This document shows, in pieces, positions 21,788 through 32,911 of a stretch of DNA of 64,000 nt (position 1 is its first letter; each line of letters opens with the position of its first letter). Under the pieces are notes generated by a model. That model saw nothing but the letters and a program-made list of their open reading frames with translations, was not told the origin of the DNA and did no database searches. The stretch is from contig OZ076409.1 in the NCBI GenBank assembly GCA_964187785.1, forward strand, positions 7,628,001 through 7,692,000, written 5' to 3'. Source of the stretch: Amphiscolops sp. MND2022. Taxonomy: Eukaryota. The position numbers and the translations under genes were made by a program.

Positions 21788-24700
21788 TAATAAAGCCACG
21801 CCTTCAAACAGAAACACCACAAAAACAACACTCTACTGATGACTGGCAGCATCAGTTGAGCCCCAAACCAACAAAAATTACAGTCTTTGATCATAAAACC
21901 AACAAAAACGACTCTCACACTACAGACACATCAACTACAAATCCAGATACTCAAACGGAGGATCTATATGACCTACTCAAAGATGCTCCTGATAACTACA
22001 TCCTACGACAAATCTTTGAACCTGCAACCGAAACAGAAACACAAAATCAACACCCTAACACCACACAACCTCAAGAAACACAAACTGACCACCTAAACAC
22101 ACAATCCACATCAACAACTCAAACCGACGAAGACGTCACTTCAGAACTAACTAAAACTCTCTTTTGTGCATCACCTGGAAAACAACCCCTCCTTGATAAT
22201 GATGGTTTCAATCATCTAACCACAGATGAAGGCAATAACATCTTGTCCTTGAACCTTTCTACAAACCTTACACTCAAAAAGAAACGTCATATGTACTATT
22301 TCCCAATGGATTTCGAGTAACTAACCCTGGATGGACTCATAGATACAGGCGCCTTAACAAGCGCAATTTCAGAAGCTGATCTTAATAAAATCAAACTTAT
22401 ATCAAATGAAGCAATCAAAGACACTGGCCCAGCACCTAACTTCCAAATTATGGTGGCAAACGGTCAACTTGAACGCCCCATTGGAACCGTCCTCCTCGAA
22501 TTCGAGGTAGCAGACTTCCAATTTCAAGAGGATTTCATAGTAATGAAGACACTACCCAACCCACTCATAGGCCTGTGCTTCCTACAAAGACACAACGCTC
22601 TTTTCGATATTCGACAAGGAATTATTACATTCCCATACTTGTCAATGCAACTGCGTCCCGAACACACAACAAACACCCGAACAGCAACACCCTTGCTGAC
22701 TGAAACCACTTATACCTTACAACCTGGAGAAACTCTTGCAATCTCCAGCAAAATGCCACACTTGATAGACCACAATGCAACAGGAATTGTTACTCGGTCA
22801 TCACACATGGAGGAACATGAGAGCATTTTCATTACCTCATCATTAAGCACAGTCAACAACAACGCAGTGGGTTACCAAGTGATCAATTTCTCGGATATGC
22901 CCTACACCCTTCCAGTGGACATACATATGGCAGATTTCCGAGTTCTCACACCAGAACAAATCAAACACATCAAACCAGTTGATCCATCAACCCTCACCTT
23001 CATGATGCATCAACATATAGAGAACACCGACCTTTACCTCAACCAACTGATGAAAACAAACCATTCATCGGATGAACAAGAAATGTATTGGTTCCCGACA
23101 CCTGAACAACCTGGGGATCCAGAAACATACACGCCCATACAAAAACGAATTTATGATGAACTACTAGAGCTCAAACAACTTGAACAATTGAACCAAAACG
23201 ACAACGCACAATCTAGAAAGCAATTCCTTGACCATTTCGACTGGACCGACACTACCCTAAGCCCATTCGAAAAACAACACATTGAAGACATTCTGGTGCA
23301 ATACCACGATATCTTTGCCAGACATCGGTTTGAAATTGGCACCAATAGAGAATTTAAGGTTAAATTGACTCCTAATGATGATAGGCCTGCCTACAGCCAA
23401 AGTCTCCCTACACCAATCAACCTCAAGGACGACATAACTGTTGAACTAGCCCTACTTCATCGTTATGGAATCATCACAACTTTACCTTTCTCTAAGTACG
23501 CAAGCCCTATCTTTGCCCAGAGAAAACCAAATGAACGCCTTCGTCTCCTGGTAGATCTGCGCAAAATCAACAACCTCATCACGCAAGATTATGTAAACAA
23601 CAACCACCCAATTAGCACATTGTCAGATGCTGCACAGCACATGGCCGGAAAGAAGCTTTTTTGCAAACTTGACTGCTCACAAGCATACCATTGTTTGCAG
23701 ATGGCCGACTACAAGTCAATACAAATGCTAGCTTTCAACTTCGCAAGCCGAACCTTTGCATACAGACGCCTTGCTCAAGGTCTTAGTCGTTCATTATCCG
23801 CTTTCTCTTCCTTCATGAGAGAATATCTAGACAAGGCCATCAAAGCTGATCAGTGTGCACAATACGTTGATGACATTGGTATAGGTGCGAACGATTCAAC
23901 ACAACTCTGCATCAACATCGAAACAGTCTTTGAATGCATCAGAAATGCAGGACTTAAACTTACAATGGCTAAATGCCATTTTGGTGTCAAACAGGTCGAC
24001 TTTTTGGGACGAACAATAACCCCACAAGGAGTCTCACCACAAACCGAGAAAGGCAAACAATTTCTTCAAAAACTCAAATTCCCAAAATCCAAAAAAGCCC
24101 TTCAAAGGTATATTGTATTCCTCAACTATTACCGAAACTACATCCCTCGTTTATCAGAGAAGCTGTCGCCTTTCATCAAACTACTCAAAAAAACATCACA
24201 ATTTTGCATACCAAACACTGTTTTGGACACATTCAAAGAATTAAACCAACAACTGGAGAAATCATGCAACCTTGCTCTCAAACAACCAATACAGAACAAA
24301 CAACTCATCCTGATGACAGACGCAAGTTTCACAGCGGCCGGTTATGCCATCATGATTGAAGATGATCTCAACCAAAAACTCCAATCTCGAAGGAAAACCT
24401 ACGCCCCGATTGCGTTTGGCTCAGAAACGTTCAATCCAACACAACTCAAAATGTCAATTTACGCAAAAGAATTCTTAGCAATTTATTTCGCGTTTTCCGA
24501 ATTTGGACACCTTCCCTGTTATAGTTTTCACAGACAACCGTTCAGTAACACGCTTCTTCCAAACAAAAATAATACCACCACCCCTCTGGAACGCCTGTGA
24601 CTATGTACTGCAATATAACTTCGTCATAGCACACGTTGCAGGAGCTATGAACACAGCAGCCGATTTCCTTTCAAGAGCGGAAGTAAACACGACTGAAAAA

Positions 24701-26757
24701 CTCGAAATGAACATCCGAAATGATGTTGCAACCAAAGCAATCGAAGTCAATATTCAGTCCACAGGAGTTGCTGAGGAAGAAACTCTCTACATCCTTCCGG
24801 ACGAATCCCCCACGGAACAGCAATTGTGGGAAGAGAAAAACACAATACGCTCTATGGCAAGAACGGAAACCCACAATGATCCAGAAAACGTAGTGTCAGA
24901 ACTCCAAACTTTCCATAAACCCACAGCGGGCACAATCAATTACCGCGAAGGGCACTTCAAAGACAACGCCAAAATCCACTTGGAACAAAACAATGACCAA
25001 GTACTACGCAATCTCCGATATAAACTTGAAGGCGAACCTTACGACGAAACAGAGTTTACGCAAGATTATCGCTACAAACACTATTTACAAAATATTACCA
25101 GAATTGAAATCAAACAAGATGTCCTAACACGAAGATACTACAATGATACTGGGATGATATCACATTACCAGATACTCTTACCAAAACAACTACTAGAAGA
25201 ATTCCTTCATGCACTTCATGGACATAACGCAAATCATCCTGGAATAACAAAGATGATCCAAGAAGCCCGGCAGAAATATTACTATCCCTGCATAGCCAAA
25301 TACATTCGAACTTGGGTCACAAAATGCCAAATGTGCATACAAAACAAACGGATCAATAATGACCTCCTCAAAACCGAACTACTGAATTGTCCTGAATGGG
25401 ACCTAGGTCCGGAAGATATATTGCAGATGGATATCCTTCCGAATCTTCCGCCAAGTGGAGGTTACGACAATATAATCACAGCAATAGACGTGTGTTCACG
25501 CTATCTGTTTTCATATCCAGTTACAAGAATTACTGCCCCAGCAGTAGCAAAAGTCATTATGGATATCTTGTGCAAACACACATATCTACCCACAACAATC
25601 ATTACAGATATGGGCACTCAATTCAACTCACAGGTTACTAAAGAAGTTGCAGCAGTTCTAAACATTGAACTCAAACACGCAACGACAAAACATGCCCAAA
25701 CAATTGGATTATTAGAACGTACCCATGCATCGGTTAAAGCGCATCTTAAAGCAGCCACTGGAGAATTCAGAAACAACTGGCATAAGTTTCTGCCATTGGC
25801 AGTCCTGAACCATAATACAACCTACAATGCAACACTTGGTTGTGAACCTACACGGGTCTTCCATGGAAGAATCCCGCACAATATACTTGATTTCAAACTT
25901 GGGTACAATCCAAACCCTAGATTTCAACCCCAAACTGAAGTAGCAGAAGAGGTACAAAGACGGATTGCATTACTTCATGACCAAACAAAGAAAAACATTA
26001 TGCAATCTTACCTCAAATATAAAGCATACTACGACAGGAAAGCAAAAGCAGCACCTCTCACAACAGGGGACTATTGCTTTATCTTGAATCCGAAAGCAGA
26101 CACACAGGCGACCAAAATACCCTTCAGAGATTTCCGCTGGGTTGGCCCTTATAAAGTCGAAAAAGCCCTACCGAATAACAATTACATTGTTCGTCGATTG
26201 GGCACAAATAAAACCCAATTGCTTCATCGTATACGACTACGTATATACATTCCACAAGCACCTCTAGCTGACAATTTTGTCAGAGAGTCTGAATGGCAAA
26301 AAGAAGATACACTTATTGCTCAAGATGACCTATATGCCCACACTTGGGACACAAATTTGGATCGAGCCCATTTGACACTGACCATGAAATTATTGATCAG
26401 CAAGAAGATATGGTAGAATACGAACCTGCTTCTCAACCTGGAATAAACCGCCCTCCCTCCCCTGATAATCCTCAAAACAGTGGGGGGACCCCATCAGAAC
26501 AACCTGCTGTGACCGACAAAGAACCCCAGATAATTGATGAAACCATTACAAGAAATGAAAATCAAGAGCTCATACCAGAAATTTCAAGAAATCCAGAAAC
26601 TTTCCAAGAAATACCAACCCAAAATTCACCAAAAACTCCCGAAAATATCCCAGAAATTGATGCACAAGAAACACAAAAAACAGTTAACACGAGAGGTGAA
26701 AAGTACAACCTACGCCCGAACCCTAACCCTAACTACTCAGACTCATACAGATACTAA
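21781..26757 (+). pseudogene. pol: Pol of element B (PR, RT, RNase H, integrase), with a stop at 22318 and frameshifts near 24510 and 26355
   Basis: LIDTGA, YVDD, TDAS, HHCC (HGHNANH...CQMC), integrase D,D,E core, C-terminal KYNLRPNPNPNYSDSYRY. Confidence 0.93.
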
Positions 26758-27032
26758 AAAAGACAAAATCAAGAGACTCAAAGACTTTAACTAAATACAG
26801 TCTCTGTTTATCTTTTGCTCTCACATCTTTTCTCTTCATTTTTTCTTTCCCAATCAGTTACTTCAGTAACCGTTTTGAGAATTGATTTACTGGAATCAAC
26901 AATACTAACTAAACCAAATCAGGTGTAATCAACCTGAAGCAAAGCAAACAAAGTATACAAAGAACAAAGCAACAAATAAAAGGCATACAAGCAACATCGC
27001 AATCTATGGAAACAGTAACAACTAGACGTCTC

Positions 27033-30000
27033 TCATTTACCACCGGGAGATGGTCTCTTCTTTATAGACAGTTTCTTCGCAGACTTAGTCTGATCAGGGG
27101 GCAGAAACGGAACCTCGCTGACAAAGCGCGGAACAGCCAAAGTAGCAGTAGCCAATTGCAGAGTCTGATCGAAACCTCTTGATGACCCACCGGAAGGCCC
27201 AACCGGGATTGGCCCTGGAACAGCAAGGTTCGAACTGGGTAGAGGAGTCTTGGGCGATTTACTAGTAGAAGAAGTGACCCGATCAGTTGGCGAAGAAGAA
27301 GTTGAACCAGAAGGTTTAGGATCAACATCCAGAGAAGTCCATGCCCTTTCTTCATCAGTAACCGTGCAGGTGAAACGGGACTCAAATTTATTCTGTAGTC
27401 GTCGTCGGCGAGAAGAGCAACTGGAACTAACGTCCCAAACAGAATAATCGGGAATTTCCAGCAAACTCCTCCCTTTTCCGAGCAAAGAAAAAATAGGGGC
27501 AACAGTTCTAGGATTGGAAAATAACCCTAAAACGTTGGGAATGCCGACCAGAGAAGACTGAACACTCCTAACTGCAGAAGTAAAATCACAGTTGTCAGAA
27601 GCCAAGTCAGGTAATGCAACGGTGAAAACAGGTGGAATGCAAATAGAGCTAGAAGTTCCAAGACAACACAATTTGAATACAGAGAATAAATTAGTGCGAC
27701 ATTGGAGCTCATAATAACCGGACATGAAGGTAACCCAGTCTGTGTCGTACTGTACTTCGCAAGACCTGAACTTCTCAACAAAAGACCGGTACTCACTCAG
27801 GATGAGTGGCTTGATGGAACTTGATATCCAGTCCCGTTGTATGAGGAAATCGCACAATTGGTCTGATTCTTCTTCGTAGTCCTCCTCCCGCCCATGTAAT
27901 ATCACAGCTTCGTCGAAAACAGACATTCCTCGGATAAGCTTCGACTTACGGATGCTGTGTTTCAGGAGCAAAGTACATAGACTTTTATAAAAACACAGTG
28001 CTTGTTCGACGAAATGAGTTGGCGTCGGTAGGTCACTCTTATTGACTAAGTCGGCAAAGTCTTTATTGCGAAGAAAATCAGTGACGCTTTTGAAAAGAAG
28101 ATCTGAAGACAAGTCGATAGATAAGAATCGGTCCCAGTCAGAGATGTCCCCCAAGAAAGAATCTGACAAGATTGTCTGGAGCTGACTATACACAAATGTG
28201 GCGTAGGAGCGACTCCTTTGAAAGCCGATTGGTCTGAAGCATTTCCAGATTAAGAAAAGGAATCAGACATTAGAAGAATGGAAAAAAATAGAAAAAGGCT
28301 AACAATGAAGAAGCACATTCCGTACTAGAAACAACTTGGCGGGATAAGTCTTGTCTTTAAATATCGTCTCATCCAAACTTTTGGGCTGAAACATCAAAGT
28401 TTGACCAATAAAACTATGTTAGAACAACGATATCTGCAATTTCGAAAACGAATATTACCTCTTTCATGTGGTACTTGAAAGCCTTGATCCGGTCAGTGAG
28501 ACGGAGATAAGCAACCACATGATGCCAATTCTGGTACAGTTCTCCAAGAAGAATAGCGCACTTGTCATAACTGTATTCGAAGCTACAGATCGCCTAAAAG
28601 AACAAATTCATGCCTGTGAGAACTAATAGCATTGGAAATGAACTCAAGACATGACGCATTATGATGTCTTCCGAATACAGTATAGGATGCTGAACAGCAT
28701 ACAGCATAAGATATGCGGACTATACGGATTAACCGTGAAACCAGCATAATTCAAGAAAAACAGTATAAAAGAATAAATCACGCTGTTTTTGGAAGAAAAC
28801 AGTATAAAAGAAATAATGACGTCGTTTTGGAAAGAAACAGCATAGAAGAAAAGTTCATGCAGTTTCCGGAAAGAAACAGCATAGAAGAAAAGTTCATGCA
28901 TTGTCCGGAAAGAAACAGCATAGAAGAAAAGTTCATGCGGTTTTCAAAAGAAACAGCATAGAAGAAAAGTTCATGCGGTTTTCAAAAGAAACAGCATAGA
29001 AGAAAAGTTCATGCGGTTTTCGGAAGAAAACAGCACTAAGAAGCATCCATGCGGTCTCCGTAAAGGAGTCAGCATAGAAGAAAGGTTTATGTGGTTGTTG
29101 GAAGAAAACAGCATAAAGGAATACTCATGCGGTTTTCGAAGAAAACTGCATAAAGAAGCACCCATGCAGTTCCCGTAATGGAAGCGCATAGAAGATGTGA
29201 TTATGCGGATTTCGGAAAAGATGGCATAAGGAAATACCCACACTACAAGCAGAATAAAAACAGTATAAAGATAAAATCTATGCAGTTTGCAGAAAATAAT
29301 GACTATGCGGAGTAGCAGCGTAATGAAACGAAGAAACTACGGTCAAGATCCAACAAAATATGCGGTAATATGCGGTTTTCTGAAGACGTCTTAGGGGTGT
29401 TAATTACAACTAGGAAGGGATATAATAATGGTTAAACAATGCAAATGCTTACTTCTCGAAGCTCCTGCAAGTTGTTGAGCCAAGCTGATCCCAAAGCTGT
29501 CCGGAGTTTCATCAAATGAACGTGTAAAACGCTGTGTATGTCATAGCGGTCCAGGATTTTGATACATGGGCCTGCGAGCATCTTGTATAGATCTTCATAG
29601 CCGAAAGTAGCAACGATGCAAATGGGTGTGGATTGGTCCAGCTCAGTAGTCAGTGTTTTACTGACCCGCCCATCGAACCCGAGCAGAGAAAACACAGTGG
29701 GTGGATTACTTGTAACAGCAAGGAAAGAAGAGATGGCATCGAGGACTTTTGGAGCTGTTTGAAGACTGTTGGGAAACTCGGAAAGGCAGAGACTATTATA
29801 CACATTCCCAGACCAGAAGGCCAAGTTGACCTGAGCAACTTTAGTCGAAGAACTGATTTGAAGGGAACACAAGCCCCGCTGACCAATAGATGTGGCTGAA
29901 TATCGTAGTAACTCGTGAAACATGTAGACGAGTATCCCCTGTGAATCATATGAATTAAATGTATGATAAATAAATGTCCAACTCAGTCAGATAACGAAAG

Positions 30001-31325
30001 ATACTTACGAAAACACGTTTCTGTCTCCAGTCGTACTGTGGGAATCTAGTGAGCCCCTGTGGCTCGACATTCAAATTGGACAAGAGTGAAGGTAATAGGT
30101 CCAACTCTCCGCCAGATTGGAGTCCTAACAGGAGAAGCCTCATCTGGGAGCATGCTACTGATGAAGGATCAAGAATTTCAGTGTCTTTTGGCAACTCCCT
30201 CTGTCCTGGCAGCAGGTGACATTCGCTCAAAGTTGGAGTGATTGGAAACGTCTGCTCAGCTTTTTCCCGAGCTTCATCTAGAGCAACTCCAGTTATCTCT
30301 CGCTCATTTTTGTCATAAAGTGGAAGTCCTGGCGTTTCTAATCTAATTCGGTGCTCTCGAACCAAGTGAGCATCAGTACGGTAGTGCGATAGAATTTCGA
30401 GCGATCCTTTCGTTTTTAGAGACAATTCTACTTGGCATACTCTACAACGCCACTTGTGAGGATTCTCGTTCGGGTCAGCCGGGCCTGTGACAAAGAATTT
30501 GAACACGGGATGTTTTTTATACATCTGAGCAGAAAGTTGCATTCGGGGTCTTGGTCTTTTGCTAACCACAACTTGTTCATCAGATGTTGTTTGGACCGGG
30601 TCAGAAGTTTCAGTGTTGTATGAACGCCTGAGAGAGCGTCTTTTCCCCGGAGATGTAATTGGAGTCCGTTCTGCGGCACTACGTCGTTGATTTGTCCGTG
30701 TGGATTCACCTCCAGAAGGGCCCGTTGTGGGTTCAGATCTTTCAACAGCGTGCGCAGACAATGATTGCTCAAGCTTTGTACTGACAAGAGTTTCAAGTCT
30801 CTGCTCCAGTGCCTCTAATTCGGAACTTGTAACGAAATTACCAAATTGTGTTACTGGGAGCGATTGAGCATTAGTAGCTGGTTCTCGGCTTTCTTGCTCG
30901 GCGGAGGCTGTTACTGCAAGTTGACCGAAGTAACGTGTGGCTGGGGAAGTTCGAGAATGGATTCCTTCCAACATAGGAGTAGTCGCCCGTGAGGAACATT
31001 CATCAGGTAGAGTTCTTCTTTCTCCTGCAGGAGCGTTTGGATTGGAGCAATCGGGTTGCTCACCAGTCACATCAAGAATGAGATGAAGATTAGAATCGAT
31101 GGAAGTGGCAAGGAAACTAACAGGTTCTTTGAGACTTGTCATGCTGTGGTCAAACGAGTGTTTGATCCCGTCTTGGTCAAGAGTTACGTTAACAGTTTCA
31201 CAGAAAGAACGCTCTGGTTCAGGGGTAGAATGATGAAGGGGAGCAACAGACGTCAAAACCGTCAATTCGTTGGAAGTTGTTTGTCTCTGGTGAGAGGATT
31301 GAGAATCGGTATGAGCTGGAACACA
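27033..31325 (-). CDS. Antisense spliced accessory gene of element B (BED-like Zn-finger, hAT-transposase-like)
   Basis: Exons about 31300-30009, 29938-29453, 28593-28459, then about 28385-27033 with a probable further intron; GTAAG donors and CAG/TAG acceptors. Motifs WRCRVC...KTKG..EIL.H....H, L.EL...W..V..YL, GMSVFD, FKLCCL. The start and the last junction are uncertain. Confidence 0.72.
28830..29020. repeat. About 38-bp tandem repeat (GAAAGAAACAGCATAGAAGAAAAGTTCATGCGGTTTTC), roughly 5 good copies plus degenerate copies over about 28700-29380
   Basis: Visible tandem units inside intron 2 of the antisense gene; no unique spacers. Confidence 0.9.
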
Positions 31326-31997
31326 TAAAGAATTGGAAATAAAGATGACAAAAGTCGATGAAAATCAACCTGAAAACGGATGTTATCCGACTAAATTGTG
31401 GGAAAGTGATCACTTCCTACTTCGAAATTAGAGTTAACTCGAAAAAATTGTTCACAACTTGAAACAGAAAGTCCGAAAATGGACCTGTGGAGAGCGGATG
31501 TGAAAATAAAATTTGTTCAGCGACGGAAACAGGAAGTCTTCAAGCGACACTTGTGAAAGTCCAATATGAAACCAAATACCGAAATATTTTCATCCAATAA
31601 TTAAAGGTTGGAAATGTACAAACCTTGTGTTGGCAAATCGGTTCCTTCCTTGCAGCCAGACATCGCTTCACCCAGTGGATCCATAAGATAAACTACACAA
31701 CGCTGTAGTCGATTGCAAAACAAAGAGTCCGTGAAAATGGCAGTGTTGGGAGAACGAAAACCAAGTGAAGCTAATTCAGAATAACGAATCGGGAAGTCGA
31801 AATTGGATAATTCAAACGAGAAATGTGAGAAACTAAAGATGACGGAACTATAAATGACTTGAAGACTCTGAAAATTGTAAAAACTACGAAGACTGAGATT
31901 TAATAATGTAGATTGAAATTATCAAGAAATCAAAATTATCAAAGCAGCTGGAAACAGAAGGCGTGGCAGTTAACGAGAAGGCAATAAAGCAAATGGA

Positions 31998-32041
31998 TGA
32001 CGTCACTAATGGAGTTTTCAGTGTATCTCAAATCTGATTGG
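31998..32041. promoter_or_regulatory. CRE-like TGACGTCA and CCAAT box (CTGATTGG) in the divergent spacer between the antisense gene and ORF3
   Basis: CTGATTGG-like boxes occur in the equivalent spacer of A (2024), C (51070) and D (about 54315). Confidence 0.4.
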
Positions 32042-32911
32042 TCGAGAGCAAGTATTCAGTTTGGCCATTTCTGCCAGAATGACTAAATTGGAGGAATCCA
32101 TACCTTATAAGGAAACTGACGGACTTTGCGTATTAACACGCAACACGCTGCTACATTGAAAGTGCACTATGCTGTTCTGCATTAAAAACAGCATAATGGT
32201 GCAGCGCTATCGTGAACAACAATGTGTTATGGTATAGAGAAGAAAATGTAACAAGGAAGCATAATGGGATTATGCGGAATTTAAAGTGAAACTGCATAAA
32301 GTGTTTATGCGAAAAACTATCAAAGACAACATGGTGAAGTAATAACGGCGATATGAGAAATTATGATGCATTATGATGTTTTCTGTAAGCAGTTTATGAT
32401 GTGAATCACTACTAATACTGCTGATTTGAATATTACACACCTACTAGTGAAAGAAAGAAATTCCACAATTTTGAGAAAGATGATTCATACAACAAAGTGT
32501 GAAATCTTCACATGATTAATCTGAATGGACTACAACCATGATCTATTTTGATGATGAGTAATTAAAATTCAGTTACCCTATATGGGGTAGCTACCGGCAA
32601 TATATGAAAGAAACTCTGAAAACCAACAGTTATTGATGATCAATTAAAGAAACTCGATGATGCTAGATTTCCATAAATTATTTGATAATTATCCTAAAAC
32701 CCGGGAAAAGGGTGACGCGAAAATGTGTTGGAGCAATTTATATAAAACCCATAAACCTATAAAAATCTAGAAAACTTCACCAGTTTGGTCTTAAATTTTC
32801 TGAAAACAGCTGATCTTCGCCTTACAACATTCTAATCTTGTAGCAATTCTTGATTTATAATTGAATAACAATTTGAACCGTTTATACCAATTGATTTGAT
32901 AAAACATAAAA

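Larger units (their letters stand above)
20124..21790 (+). pseudogene. gag: Gag of element B, starting in the 5' LTR (MGNKRNRRSRR...), with a 1-nt deletion near 20664
   Basis: The 3' LTR reads GACAGGAAAATG where the 5' LTR reads GACAGAAAATG. Restoring the G fuses the LTR ORF in frame to MVTG...gag. Knuckles CRYCKEEGHMAKEC and CSHCNTTGHEEPNC. Confidence 0.85.

Noticed and set aside
28830..29020. CRISPR-like array of ~38-bp repeats
   Set aside because: The units are contiguous with no unique spacers, there are no cas genes, and the context is a eukaryotic retroelement intron.
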